From the NCBI GenBank assembly GCA_963666925.2, contig CAXXTC010000007.1, positions 128,001 through 192,000 on the forward strand: a stretch of 64,000 nt of DNA. Reading direction: 5' to 3'. The stretch is from Phycisphaerae bacterium (GTDB lineage: Bacteria > Planctomycetota > Phycisphaerae > UBA1845 > Fen-1342). The notes beneath the pieces were generated by a model that was given only the letters and a program-made list of their open reading frames with translations, searched no databases and had not been told where the DNA came from. Within the stretch, counting starts at the first letter, position 1. Each line of letters starts with the position of its first letter. Shown one piece after another: positions 17,874 to 29,811 of this stretch. Made by a program: the position numbers and the translations under genes.

Positions 17874-19932
17874 ATGTTCAGCCTGTTGGCAATACTGGGG
17901 CTCGTTATGCTTTGGCTGGCAACGGCCCGATTCGCCGCCCCCGCGGCCACCCCACGCCCATTCACCGTCCACGACCTCATGGCCATGGAGCGGATCAGCG
18001 ATCTGCAAATGGACCCCGCCGGTACCCGGGCCGCCTTCGTCGTCCGCCGAACCGACCTCGACGCCAACAAGGGCGTCAACGATATCTGGATCACCAACAC
18101 TGACGGAAGCGGGCAACGCCGCCTGACCACCCACCCTGCCGGCAGCGCCAGCCCCCGCTGGTCGCCCGACGGCACGCACATCTACTTCCTTTCCGCTCGC
18201 GGCGACCGCAACCAGGTCTGGAAGATCCCCGTCGACGGCGGCGAGGCTGTTGCGATTACCGATCTCCCACTCGACGTCGGCTCGTTCGCGCTGTCGCCCG
18301 ACGGCGCCTTTCTCGCAGTCAGCCTCGAAATCTTCCCCGACGCCCCCCGGCCGGCCGACACCCGCCAGCGCCTCGACGAAATCGAAAAACGCAAAGCCAG
18401 CGGACGCATCTACGAAGAGCTGTTCATCCGCCACTGGGACACCTGGAAAGACGGGCGCCGCGCCCAACTCTTCATCGTGCCAACCACGGGCGGAGAACCC
18501 GTTCACCTCACCCGTGGACTGGACGCCGACGTGCCGTCCAAACCCTTCGGCGGACCCGAGGAATACACCTTCACCGCCGACAGCAAGTCAGTCGTCTTTG
18601 CCGCTGCCGCCGCCGGCATCGCCGAAGCCTGGTCGACCGCGTACAACATCTACGTCGTCCCCATCACCGGCAAAGAAAAGCCCAAGCTGATCGTCGACGG
18701 CCAAGACGCACTGGTCACTTGCCCGGCCTTCTCGCCCGACGGCAAAACGCTCGCCTACCTGATGATGAAACGCCCCGGCTACGAGGCCGACCGACTGCGC
18801 ATCGCGCTCAAGGAATGGCCCGCCGGAGAAACACGCGTGCTCACCGAGGAATGGGACCGCTCGCCCCATAAAATCATCTGGTCGCGAGACGGCCGCTGGA
18901 TCTACACCGCCGCCGACGACGTCGGCCAGCACCCGCTTCTCGCCGTCGATGTCGCTACCGGCGCCGTCGAAAAAATCGTCCCCACCGGCAAGGTCACAGA
19001 GATCGGCGCCGGCGCAGATCGGCTGATCGTCGGCGTCTGCCACCACCGCGCCCCCCGTCGAACTCCACACCGTCGACCTCGCCGGCCAGGACATGCAACC
19101 GATAACATCCTTCAACGCCCAACGCCTGACCGAGGTCACCTTCGGCGAGCCCGAGCAGTTCACCTTCAAAGGCTGGAACGACGAAAAGGTCCACGCGTGG
19201 ATGGTTCGGCCGGCCAACTTCGACGAGAAAAAGAAGTACCCCGTCGCGTTCCTCATCCATGGCGGCCCCCAGGGCTCGTTCGGCAACGATTTCCATTACC
19301 GCTGGAACCCCCAGGTCTACGCCGGCGCCGGCTACGCCGCCATCATGGTCGACTTCCACGGCTCCACCGGCTACGGCCAGGAGTTCACCGACGCCATCTG
19401 CAACCACTGGGGCGATCGGCCGCTCGAAGACCTCCAGAAGGGCCTCGCCGCAGCCCTCGAACGTTACCCGTGGATGGACCGCAACCGCGTTGCCGCCCTG
19501 GGTGCTTCTTACGGCGGCTACATGATCAACTGGCTCCACGGCGTCTGGTCTGAGCCGTTCAAGTGCCTCGTATGTCACGACGGCAACATCGACGAGCGGA
19601 TGGCCTACTACGACACCGAAGAGCTGTGGTTCCCCGAGTGGGAACGTGGCGGCCCGCCCTGGGAGCAGCCCGAGGCCTATGCCGCTCACAACCCCATCGA
19701 CCACGTCGACAAGTGGCGTCTGCCAACGCTCGTCATCCACGGCGCCAACGATTACCGCGTCGTCGATACGCAGGGCATCTCAACCTTCACAGCCCTGCGC
19801 CGCCGGGGCATTCCCAGTCGCCTGCTGTACTTCCCCGACGAGAATCACTGGGTCCTCAAGCCCCACAACAGCATCCAGTGGCACGAGGAAGTCATCGGCT
19901 GGCTGAACAAATACTGCGGCAACGAAGCGTAG
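17874..19932 (+). CDS. S9 family (prolyl oligopeptidase-like) secreted peptidase; apparent frameshift near 19050
   Basis: Signal peptide, WSPDG propeller repeats, IHGGPQ, GASYGG nucleophile, DENHW; frame switch at the C6 run near 19051. Confidence 0.9.
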
Positions 19933-19972
19933 GGTTCCTCACCCCGTTGTTACGTTGTCACGCCCCCCCGAC

Positions 19973-20111
19973 GTGCCACTGCTCTGTGAGCAGTGGGATT
20001 TCAAATGTCGACAACGTATATGCATGTGCCACTGTTTCGAAAGCAGCAGCCCGCCCCCTTGTGGCACCGGTTTTTAACCGGTGGGTCGTGCCGGCGACGA
20101 ACCCCAATGCC
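19973..20111. repeat. Cluster of REP-like palindromes (families A and B) between convergent genes
   Basis: GTGCCACTGCTCTGTGAGCAGTG; GTGCCACTGTTTCGAAAGCAGC; GTGGCACCGGTTTTTAACCGGTG. Confidence 0.8.
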
Positions 20112-20121
20112 GATATATCAC

Positions 20122-21872
20122 CTATCCCGGCGCGTGGATGCGCAACCCGACCAGCGTCAGATCATCGACCTGCTCGGCCAGCCCGACAAAACGCCGCACG
20201 TCCCAGACGATATTGTCGAGCACCTGTTGCAGTGGGAGCTGTCCGTAGGCGCGTAGCGCCTGGTGCAATCGTTCGCGGGTGAACATCTCGTCGGCGAAGT
20301 TACGCGCCTCGCAGGCCCCATCCGTATAGAGCAACAGCAGATCATTCGGCCGTAGCTCCAGCGTATGGTCTCGGTATGCCAGGTCCGGCTCGATGCCGAG
20401 CACCAGGTCGGCCTCTTCGGTTTCCTGAACTTCACCGTCGCGCAGCAGCAGCAGCGGCTCATGGCCGGCGTTGGCATAGGTCAGTTGCCGGGCGTCGTTG
20501 TCGAGCGCAACGAGCAAAAGCGTAACGAACTCGCGCGGCAGCGTATCCGCGAATATCAGCTTGTTAAGTTGCGTGAGCAGTTCGGCCGGGCTCAGGCAGA
20601 AAACCGCCGCCGAGCGGAGCGCACCGCGCACCGTGCACATCAGCAGCGATGCGGGGATGCCTTTGCCGACCACGTCGCCGACCAGCGCTACCAGACGCTG
20701 ATCACTCAGCTCCAGCCGATCGCAGAAATCGCCCGCCACCTCGAACGTCGGATGAAACGCGAACGCCGTCTCGACCAGCGGGTGCTCGGGCGCCGGCCCG
20801 CGGATCAGCCGCGCCTGCAAATCGCCGGCCAGGGCCAGTTGCCGTTGCGTCTCGGCGTTGCGCAGCCGCTCCTCGACGAGCTGGGCGTGGACGATGGCGG
20901 TCGCCGCTTGGTAGGCCACGGCGCGTAGCAGGTCACGCTGTGCCTTGCGAAAACGCCGCCGGCGCTTGGTATACACCCGCAGGATGCCGACCGCGCTGCC
21001 GCGATAAACCATCCCCGCGGTAAGCATGCTGACGATCCCCTCCCGGCGGGCCTGGTCGGGGTAGATAGTACGCGGGTCGTTCGCGACGTCTTCGAGGTAC
21101 ACCACCTCGCCGCGCAGCGCCCGGTCGGCCACACCCTGGTCCGTGCGTATGACGGCGCCCTTGTCGACGTACTCGGGCGAGAGGTTGTGCAGCGCCTTGA
21201 TCGTCAGCTCGTTGGTTTTCGGATCGTACAGCCGAATGCTCGCGAAGGGGCAATCCATCACGCGCGCGGTTTCGGCCACGAGCCGGTTGAGCACCTCCTG
21301 GAGATCCTGCTTGCCGGTGAGCAGGGCGGCGATGTCGCCGACCAGCGCCACCTCGGCCGCCGCGGACGCCAGCCGGGCTTCGCGCCGCCCCCCATTCCGC
21401 CAGTTGCCGCGCCCCCCAGCGCGCCACGATTACCGCGTGCGACTGCACCCCACGATCCAGCAGCGGCAGCGACTCCCACGCCGCCAGCAACGTATCGTGG
21501 TCGAGCGGCCGGGCCGAGTCCGGTTGTTCCCAGTCGGCCGTTACCGGGGTCTGCTCGCGAAACTCGCCGACAGCCACGAAACCCGCCTCATGATCGTCAA
21601 CGTACACCGGCGCGACGATGTACCAAACCCCACGCGACTGCACGAAACTCACCCCGCGCCGGCGGATCATGTGCCGGCACTGGTATCATCGTCATGTCAC
21701 CCGGCAGGTTGCCCATCGCGTGTCCCGTCAGCCGGGCAAAGCTGTTGTTCCCCGCCGACGCCACGATCAGCTCCCCATGCACGTCATACACACAGATCCG
21801 GCAGCCCGAGCTGCGCGCCAGCCCGCTGACAAAATCCTCCAGCCAGGTTATCTCGATCAGTTCGCGGATCAT
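20122..21872 (-). CDS. PocR-like + GAF + PP2C/SpoIIE (RsbU-like) phosphatase; two apparent frameshifts near 21660 and 21390
   Basis: VAGDF, GDVVGKG, NAGHEP, LYTDG, DDLTLV motifs; N-terminal part split over track ORFs 21597..21908 and 20933..21670. Confidence 0.85.
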
Positions 21873-22057
21873 TGCTCGGCCTGCGCGGGTATTGGGGGAC
21901 GGTACCACTTCGGCCCCCGTGAGAGCTTGGCATTATTGCCGACCGCGGCCGCCCAGCCAAGGGGACGCCCGGGTTGGCGGGAAATGCCCGCTGGCGTACA
22001 CTGCACCGCCGCGGCCGCTATGACGGCGACCACGCAGTGTTTTCTGGAGCGATCCGC

Positions 22058-23219
22058 ATGAAAGTTCACGAATATCAGGCCCGAAATCTGCTTGAGGAAG
22101 CCGGCATTCCGGTCCCTCCCAGCCAGGTCATCGACGATGCCGGACAGGCTGCTCAGGCCTTTCGCGCCCTCGCCGCCGACACAGTCGTAATCAAGGCCCA
22201 GGTCCACGCCGGCGGCCGCGGCAAGGCCGGCTACGTCAAGCTCATCAACACCCCCGAGCAGGCCACCGAGAACGCCACCCGCATGTTTGCCAACCCGATG
22301 GTCTCCAAACAAACCGGCCCGGAAGGCATCCCCGTTCGCAAAATCCTCCTCGCCGGCGCCGTCGACATCGCCCGCGAGTTCTACCTGGGCGTCGTCCTCG
22401 ATCGCGCCCAACGCACGCCCGTAATGATGGCCAGCGCCGAAGGCGGCGTCGAGATCGAGGAAGTCGCCGCTCGCAACCCCGACGCCATCAAGAAAGCCTG
22501 GTTCCACCCGCACATCGGCTTGCAGCCGTTCCAGGCCCGCGCCCTCGCCGCCGCCATTGGCCCTCACCGGCGCGCAGGCCAAGTCCACCGCAAAAATCAT
22601 GCTCCGCCTCGCCCGCCTGTTCATCGAAAAAGACTGCTCGCTGGCCGAGATCAACCCGCTGGTCGAAACCGCCGCCGGCGAAATCCTCGCCATCGACGCC
22701 AAGTTCAACTTCGACGACAGCGCCCTCTTCCGCCACGAGGACGTCGTCGCGCTGCATGATCCAAGCGAGGACAACCCCGCCGAACTCCACGCCAAGGAAT
22801 ACGACCTCAACTACATCGCCCTCGACGGGAACATTGGCTGCCTGGTCAACGGTGCCGGCCTGGCCATGTCCACCATGGACATCATCAAGCTGCACGGCGG
22901 CGAGCCGGCCAACTTCCTCGACGTCGGTGGCAGTGTTACAGCCGCCGGCGCTGTCGAGGCCTTCCGCATCATCCTGTCCGACCCCAAGGTCAACGCCGTA
23001 TTGGTGAACATCTTCGGCGGCATCGCCCGTTGCGACGTCATCGCCGATGCGCTCATTCAGGCCGGCCGCGAGGTCGGCTTCAAAGTCCCCGTGGTCGTCC
23101 GTCTCGAAGGTACCAACGTCGAACAGGCCCGCCAGATGCTCAACGCGGCCGACATCCAGGGCCTGGCGAGCGCCAGCGACCTGACCGACGCCGCCCGCCA
23201 GGTCTGTGCCTGTGTCTGA
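22058..23219 (+). CDS. sucC: Succinyl-CoA synthetase beta subunit; apparent frameshift near 22557
   Basis: [46 protein letters not shown]. Confidence 0.93.
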
Positions 23220-23297
23220 CAAACCCGCCCGCTGGCGACCGACAGATCGGCGTCATTGAATGCACCCGACGCCGCCCGATTATGCGATGCCTAGCTC

Positions 23298-24848
23298 ATG
23301 AACGGTGACCTTCTCCAATTAGTCCAACGTTTTGCCGACGCACGCGTCCTGCTCGTCGGCGATTTCATGCTCGACCGCTACATCTTCGGCGACGCCGAGC
23401 GGATCAGCCCCGAGGCGCCGGTCCCCGTGCTGCGTGTGCATCGAGCGGCAGGACCGCGTCGGCGGAGCCGGGTCGGTGGCACTCAACGTCGCGGCCCTCG
23501 GCGCACGCGTAACCTGCTGTCGGCCTGCTGGGGCAGGATTCGCGTTCGGCGACCGCGTCGAGCAACGTCCCTGCGCGAGTGCTGGTTGCCGACACGCGCC
23601 GGTCTGGTGCGGGCTACAGCGACCGCCCCACCATCACCAAGACGCGCTCTGGTCGGTCTCGCAGAACACCGCCACCGCCAACAAATCCTTCGTGATCGAC
23701 GACGAAATTGTGCAGTCCGCCATCAACCGAACGACGAACGCCGCCTGCTTGGAGATTGCGCGCGAAACCGCGCTGATCCGAAGTCGGACTTGGTTTGCCT
23801 GGAGGACTACGCCAAGGGCGTGCCTTCTCGGCCGAGCGTTTGCCAATCGCTGATCGAGGCTCGCCCGCCGAGTCACAACAAGCCGGTCTTCGTCGACCCG
23901 GCCCGCTTGACAGCGCGTGGGAACGCTACGCCGGCGCAAACGCTGCTCACGCCGAACCGCGCCGAGCTCGAAATCGCAGTCGGCACAGCCGTGTCGAGCG
24001 ACCCGAAGAGCTTCCCGTCGGCGGCGCGCGAGCCTGCTCAAACGACTTCAACCTCGATTCGCGTTGCTGATCACGCTCGGGCCGCGACGGTGCGCTGCTG
24101 TTGCGGGCCGACGGTCAGGACCCGCAGCGTTTCCCCACCGATCCCGCGCGCCGTGTACGACAACACCGGTGCCGGCGATGCCGTCCTGGCGATGGCCGCG
24201 GTCGCCGCCGCCGCTCGGGCGCAACGCTCGAACAGTGCCGCTCAACTCGCCAACGTCGCCGGCGGACTCGAAGTCAGCAAGTTCGGCTGCGTGCCCGATC
24301 ACGCGCGACGAGGTGCTCGAGCGACCTCGCCAACGCACGGTGCCGCCGCGCGGTCGCGGCAAGCTGCGCAGCGTGGCCGAGCTCCAAGCCCGAGCTCGAG
24401 AGCCCGCCGCCAGCGGGGCGAAACGGTCGTGTTCACCAACGGCTGCTTCGACATCCTCCACCCCGGCCACGTTGCCCTGCTCGAACAAGCCAAAGCACTC
24501 GGCAGCCTGCTGGTCGTCGGCCTCAACAGCGACGCGTCGGTCCGCTTGCAGGGCAAGGGTGCTGATCGCCCGATCCGCTCCGAGCAGGATCGCGCCCGCA
24601 TGCTCGCCGCTCTCGAATGTGTCGACTACGTGACGTTTTTCGACGCCCTCGATCCCGGCGAGCTGATCGAACAGGTCGCCCCCGACGTGCTCGTCAAGGG
24701 CTCCGACTGGGCCGGCAAGGGCGTCATCGGACGCGAATTCGTCGAATCCCGTGGCGGCCGCGTCGCACTGATCGACCTCGTCGCCGGCTTCAGCACGACC
24801 GCCGAACTCGAACGCATCCGCGCCGCCGCCGCCGCCACGAGCGGCTGA
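23298..24848 (+). CDS. hldE: Bifunctional heptose kinase/adenylyltransferase; middle part degraded by indels
   Basis: VGDFMLDRY...RISPEAPVPV, TPNRAE, GAGD, FTNGCFDILHPGH, GLNSDAS, LVKGSDW. Confidence 0.9.
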   Translation: MNGDLLQLVQRFADARVLLVGDFMLDRYIFGDAERISPEAPVPVLRVHRAAGPRRRSRVGGTQRRGPRRTRNLLSACWGRIRVRRPRRATSLRECWLPTRAGLVRATATAPPSPRRALVGLAEHRHRQQILRDRRRNCAVRHQPNDERRLLGDCARNRADPKSDLVCLEDYAKGVPSRPSVCQSLIEARPPSHNKPVFVDPARLTARGNATPAQTLLTPNRAELEIAVGTAVSSDPKSFPSAAREPAQTTSTSIRVADHARAATVRCCCGPTVRTRSVSPPIPRAVYDNTGAGDAVLAMAAVAAAARAQRSNSAAQLANVAGGLEVSKFGCVPDHARRGARATSPTHGAAARSRQAAQRGRAPSPSSRARRQRGETVVFTNGCFDILHPGHVALLEQAKALGSLLVVGLNSDASVRLQGKGADRPIRSEQDRARMLAALECVDYVTFFDALDPGELIEQVAPDVLVKGSDWAGKGVIGREFVESRGGRVALIDLVAGFSTTAELERIRAAAAATSG

Positions 24849-24901
24849 CGCCCCGATGTGCCGCGGTGATGCCGTTGTGCCCTTGCTCTTTGTGCTTCAT
24901 T

Positions 24902-24992
24902 GTGCCACTGCTCTGTGAGCAGTGGATTTCTTCCGGGTGGCATGTTTGCCCGTGCAAAACGTCACGACCGTACCACTGCTCTATGAGCAGTG
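24902..24992. repeat. Tandem pair of REP-like palindromes (family A)
   Basis: GTGCCACTGCTCTGTGAGCAGTG and GTACCACTGCTCTATGAGCAGTG. Confidence 0.8.
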
Positions 24993-25023
24993 CATTCAAG
25001 ACCGAATCCTCAGGTACCGCACT

Positions 25024-25587
25024 ATGTCCGACTGGAACACCGTCCTCGGCGAACACCAACAGGTCGTCTCCAACCTGACCGACCAGCAGCCCGCGCTCGA
25101 CGCCATCGCCGACGCCGTCGTCGATTGCCTCCGTGCCGGTCGGCGCGTCTACACCTTCGGCAACGGCGGCAGTGCGGCCGACGCCCAGCACATCGCCTGC
25201 GAGCTACTCGGCCGGTTCAAGTGTGATCGCACCGCGCTGCCCGCCCTGGCGCTCTCGACCGACAGCTCCACGCTGACGGCGATCGCCAACGATCTCGGCT
25301 ACGAGCGCATTTTCGCCCGTCAGCTCGAGGGCCTGCTCCAGCCCCAGGACATCGCCTGGGCGCTCAGCACCAGCGGCAACTCGCCCAACATCCTCGCCGC
25401 CCTCGACGTCGCCCGCGACCGCGGCGCCGCCACCGTCGGCTTCACCGGCCAGACCGGCGGCAAGATGGCCCCATTGTGCGACTACCTCTTCCGCGTGCCG
25501 CACATGTCGAGCGACCGCATCCAGGAAGCTCACCTGCTGGCCTATCACTACGTCTGCCAGCGCGTCGAGAGCAACTTCGCCCAATGA
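25024..25587 (+). CDS. gmhA: Phosphoheptose (sedoheptulose-7-P) isomerase
   Basis: FGNGGSAADAQH, TAIAND, STSGNSPN, RIQEAH. Confidence 0.95.
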   Translation: MSDWNTVLGEHQQVVSNLTDQQPALDAIADAVVDCLRAGRRVYTFGNGGSAADAQHIACELLGRFKCDRTALPALALSTDSSTLTAIANDLGYERIFARQLEGLLQPQDIAWALSTSGNSPNILAALDVARDRGAATVGFTGQTGGKMAPLCDYLFRVPHMSSDRIQEAHLLAYHYVCQRVESNFAQ

Positions 25588-25967
25588 CCCCCGCAGCGCT
25601 CGCCAACCTCTTCGTCAGCGCCAATCACATCGAAGCCGGCCTGTGGATTCTCATCGGCCTCGCATTCCTGCTCGCCGCCGCCCGCACCGGCCCACGCCGC
25701 ACCACCTGTCTGGCGGCGGCCGTCGCGTTCAGTCTCTTCGGCCTATCGGACCTTATCGAAGCCCGCACCGGCGCCTGGTGGCGGCCCTGGTGGCTGCTGT
25801 TATGGAAAGCCGGCTGCATAGCGGCCCTACTCTGGCTAGGCTGGTCCCACTGGCGCCAACGCCCCCCGCAACAACCGCACCACCTAGCGCATTGTCGACG
25901 AACTCGTAGCGTCCGAACATCCAGGCGCCATGGAGAATACACCGGGGAGGCCGTTACGATTAAGTAG
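25584..25967 (+). CDS. Small membrane protein
   Basis: ATGA overlap with gmhA; about 3 hydrophobic helices; FGLSDLIE...WWRPWWLLLWK. Confidence 0.6.
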   Translation: MTPAALANLFVSANHIEAGLWILIGLAFLLAAARTGPRRTTCLAAAVAFSLFGLSDLIEARTGAWWRPWWLLLWKAGCIAALLWLGWSHWRQRPPQQPHHLAHCRRTRSVRTSRRHGEYTGEAVTIK

Positions 25968-25975
25968 AACTTGCT

Positions 25976-27380
25976 CTAGCGTGCGGTGCGGAAGAGGAGA
26001 ATCGACAGGTCCATGGCGAGCGAGCGGTGCTTTACGTAGTAGAGATCGTGGCAAAGCTGACGGTGGGCGTCGGCGATGTTGCTGCCGGGCTGACAACGCG
26101 TCTGCGACCAGCCGGTCAGGCCGGGGCGGACGAGGTGACGCAGACAATAATGCGGCAGGAACTGTTCGAGTCGGCGAACCTGCTCGGGCCGCTCGGGCGG
26201 CGGGCCGACCAGGGACATGTCGCCGCGAATGACGTTCCAGAGTTGAGGGATCCGGGCCAGATGCGTATGACGCAGGAGCCGGCCGACGCGGGTCAGGTTT
26301 GAATCGTCGGCGGCATCCGCAGGCCGAGCATCGGGCGATTTGCGTGTCCGTCAACTCGGCATCCGGCGGCGTGGTGCGGAAGCTGTACATGGTGAACCGC
26401 CGGCCGTGCTGGCCGACGCGCGTTTGTTCACAGATGATCGACCCGCGGTCCTGGAGCCGAAGGGCGAGCGCGCTCAGCAGCCCGAGCGGGGCGGCGATGA
26501 TGAGGCCGGCGGCGGCGATGGCGATGTCCAGCAGGCGCTTGACGCCGTCGTAGTTGGCGTGGCCCAGCAGGTCGGCCCGCAGCAGCCAGTCGGCCGCAAT
26601 ACTCTCGGCGGGGACGGTGCCCAGCAGCCGCTCTGTAAACGTGGCCTGGTCGGTCACGCGGCAACGGGCGGCGATGCTGGCGGAGACGGCCTGGCCGACT
26701 TCGAGGTCGGCGACGAGATCGGTGCCGATGACGACCTCGTCGACGTCCGCGGTTTCGAGGATGTCGGCCATCTGCCCCAGGTTTCCGAGGCAGGGGCAAA
26801 CCTGTTCGAACTCCAGCTCTTCGGTGCTCCGCAGACGCGGGCCGGGTTGGCCGGGTAGCAGGTTGAGGATGGCGGTGACAGAGCCGGGCTCGGCGCTCAC
26901 ATGCCCGATAACCTCAAAACGCTCCGCGTACGTGTCGAGCAGATCGACCAGCTTACGCAGCGACTCGGCGGCGCCGATGCAGAGCAGCCGAATGGGCTCG
27001 GCCGTGCTGATGTCATGGGCGTGGAGACGGAGCCGAAGTGTGCCACCGAGCCAGACCAGCCCCGCGGTCAGCGTCACCCACCAGCTCACGGACGCGGGGA
27101 TGATTGCCGCCAGTAGCGTCTGCGCCAGCAGCAGGCCGAGGGCGAGCGTGAAGACGCAGCGCAGCACAATTCGGCCACGCTCCAGGAGCGTTGCACGCTG
27201 GTATAGCCGACAAGTTACGCCCGCGACAATGAAGCCGCCGGCGACGATCAGACCAACGAGGCCGACGTCGGCGACGCTGATTAGCTGGCCGGTGGAAACG
27301 AACTGGCTAGCGTGCGTAGCGGCGGCGGTGAGAGCGATAATCAAGCCGTCGACAGCGAGCCAGGCCGGCGGGGTGAGCAC
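25976..27380 (-). CDS. Polyprenyl-phosphate sugar transferase (WcaJ/WbaP-like); frameshift near 26300, start uncertain
   Basis: N-terminal TMs; KRLLDI, RVGQHGRRF, MSLVGPPPE, VRPGLTGWSQ, DLYYV motifs. Confidence 0.8.
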
Positions 27381-27653
27381 GCGCAGCAGTCGGGTCAGTC
27401 CGGGCCGATCGGCGACGTGGTCCGGGGTGGACCAGCCGAGGTGGCGGGAATGCGATGTGGGGGTTGCTCGATGTTGCGTGCAGACTGTCCATGATGTACG
27501 CCGGGCGCGCAGGGTGGCCCGGGGGGTACATCGGTCCGAAAACGGGGGCTCATGAATGGCGTGGGGTTATCGGTGCGACAAGCCCGTCCGTGCAGACACT
27601 TGAGAATCCACTGCTCAAGTGCAGGGACACGTCGAAGCGGTTTTTTGAACGGG

Positions 27654-29338
27654 TTAGGCCTTGGTGACGCGCAGAACTTCTTCGGGGGTGGTGAAGCCTT
27701 CGCGGCAGAGCCGCCAGCCTTCCTCACGCATCAGTACGAAGCCGTCATCCTTGCGGGCCGCCTGGAGGATCTGCCCGGTGCCGGCTTGGTTGAGGATCAG
27801 CTCGCGAACGGTGTCGGTCATGACCAGCAGTTCGTACAGCGCCCGGCGGCCGGCGAAGCCGGTGTTGCGGCACTCGGGGCAGCCGCGGCCGCGGTGCAGC
27901 ACGTCTCCGCGGTTGTAATTGAAGTCGCTGGGCAGCATGTTGGGGTTCTCGGGCTTGTACTCTTCCTTGCAGAACTTGCAGATGGTACGCACCAGACGCT
28001 GGGCCAGGACGGCCTCGACCGAGCTGGAGACCAGGAAGGGCTCGACACCCATGTCGAGCAGACGCGTCGTCGCGGTGACGGCGTCGTTGGTGTGCAGCGT
28101 GCTGAAAACCAGGTGGCCCGGTGAGCGATGCGTTGATAGCAACCTCGGCCGTCTCCAGGTCGCGAATCTCACCCACCAGGATGACGTCGGGGTCGTGACG
28201 CAGGAAGCTGCGCAACTGGCGGGCGAAGGTAAGCCCGATCTTGGGAAGAATCTGGGTCTGGTTGATGCCGTCGAGGTAATACTCGACCGGGTCCTCGATG
28301 GTAAGGATCTTGAGCTCGGGGCAGACGATGTCGCCGAGGGCGGCGTAGAGGGTCGTGGTTTTTCCGGAGCCCGTGGGGCCGGTGACGAGGATGATGCCGT
28401 GCGGCCGGCGGATCAGCTCGGAGAAGCGTTCGTGGTTCAAGCCCTCCATGCCCAGGTGGTGGAGTTCGAGCTGGACCGAAGAGCGGTCGAGGATACGCAG
28501 GACGATACCTTCGCCGAAGGCCATCGGGATGACCGACACACGCAGGTCGATCTCGCGGCTGTGACACTTGATCTTGAAGCCGCCGTCCTGGGGCATGCGC
28601 CGTTCGGCGATGTTTAGGTTGGAGAGGATCTTGATGCGGCTGATGATGGCGTTGCGGAAGCGTTCGATCTCGGGCGGTACGTTGGCGATGTGCAGCACGC
28701 CGTCGACGCGATAGCGCACGCAGAATTCATGCTCGAAGGGCTCAAAGTGGATGTCGCTGGCGCGCTGGTCGATGGGCTTCGAGGAGGATCTCGTTGACCA
28801 GCTTGACGACCGACGCCTCCTGGGCCATCTGGATGTCGAGGTCTTCCGACTCGACGCGGGTCTCGTCAATGATTTCGACGGCGCCGGCATCCTCGACCAT
28901 CTCCTGCAATACGTCGCCGCCGACGCCATAGAACGCCTTGATGAGCTTGTTGATCTCGGTACGCGTGGCCAGAACAGGCTCGACCGGCTCGTTGATGCAG
29001 GTCCGGACCTCGTCGAGGGCGTACATGTTGTAGGGATCGGAGGTGGCGACTTTGATGCCCTTGCCGTTGCGGCCCACCGGGATCAGGGCGTATTTGTGGA
29101 CCAGGCGGCGGGGGACAAGGGCCAGCAGTTCCTTGTCAATGTCCGCCTCCGACAACTCGATGACGGGGATCATGAGCTCTTCGCTGAAGACCTGAAGCAC
29201 GTCACGCTCAGATACCAGCTGCTGGCGAATGAGCACCTGGTCGATGCGTTCGGACGGCGAAACCCGGGCCTCCAGCGCCTTCGTGAGCTGCTCCCGCGTG
29301 ATGACCCCCTTCGTTACGAGCGTTTCGCCGATCGGCAT
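27654..29338 (-). CDS. gspE: Second GspE/PilB-type ATPase; apparent frameshifts near 28775 and 28120
   Basis: [47 protein letters not shown] spread over three frames. Confidence 0.9.
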
Positions 29339-29653
29339 CTTATCGTCCTAAGCTATTGTACTACAGCATGTTACATGCCAGCCACAGCGTCCATACAGAC
29401 CGCTCCCGGCACCAGTTTTACCCGATTTGCGCCCGGCGGTTGCATCGCGGCTGAAAATATTTTCGGCCCAATCCGCAGTCGGCTCCGGTTGGGGGCGGTG
29501 GGGGCGTGGCAGTTCACCAGCGATGCGGGGCGGTGGACAGGCCGCCCCGGGTGGGATCCCGGTCCCGGTATCGGGGACGCGACTGGGTGGCGGGGGTTAC
29601 CCGACTGGGTTCGGCCACGCTACTGTTATTTCTCACCCTGTTTCCATCTTATC

Positions 29654-29731
29654 ACAGGTGGGGCGGGCGTCTCGCCCGCCGTTTTCATGCGGCAATCTGA
29701 GCCTGGCGGGCGGGACGCCCACCTCACCTGT
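29654..29731. repeat. REPIN-like inverted doublet (family C)
   Basis: ACAGGTGGGGCGGGCGTCTCGCCCGCC ... GGCGGGCGGGACGCCCACCTCACCTGT. Confidence 0.7.
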
Positions 29732-29811
29732 TATGTGGAACTTATGCGAAGGTACACTACCATGCGCTGGTTCGCGGGGCTGCCAGTGACTTTGCCGGAG
29801 ATGCAGGCAGG

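Noticed and set aside
22058..24848. sucC and hldE as true pseudogenes or programmed frameshifts
   Set aside because: Motifs are intact, indels cluster regionally and no slippery-site signal was seen; sequencing error is more likely
16130..24992. CRISPR array made of the CCACTGCTC...GAGCAGTG repeats
   Set aside because: Copies are dispersed in singles or pairs, with no regular spacers and no cas genes; REP-like instead
29400..29630. Riboswitch in the G-rich region upstream of the orphan gspE
   Set aside because: Hairpins are possible, but I recognise no aptamer consensus and high GC makes pairing uninformative
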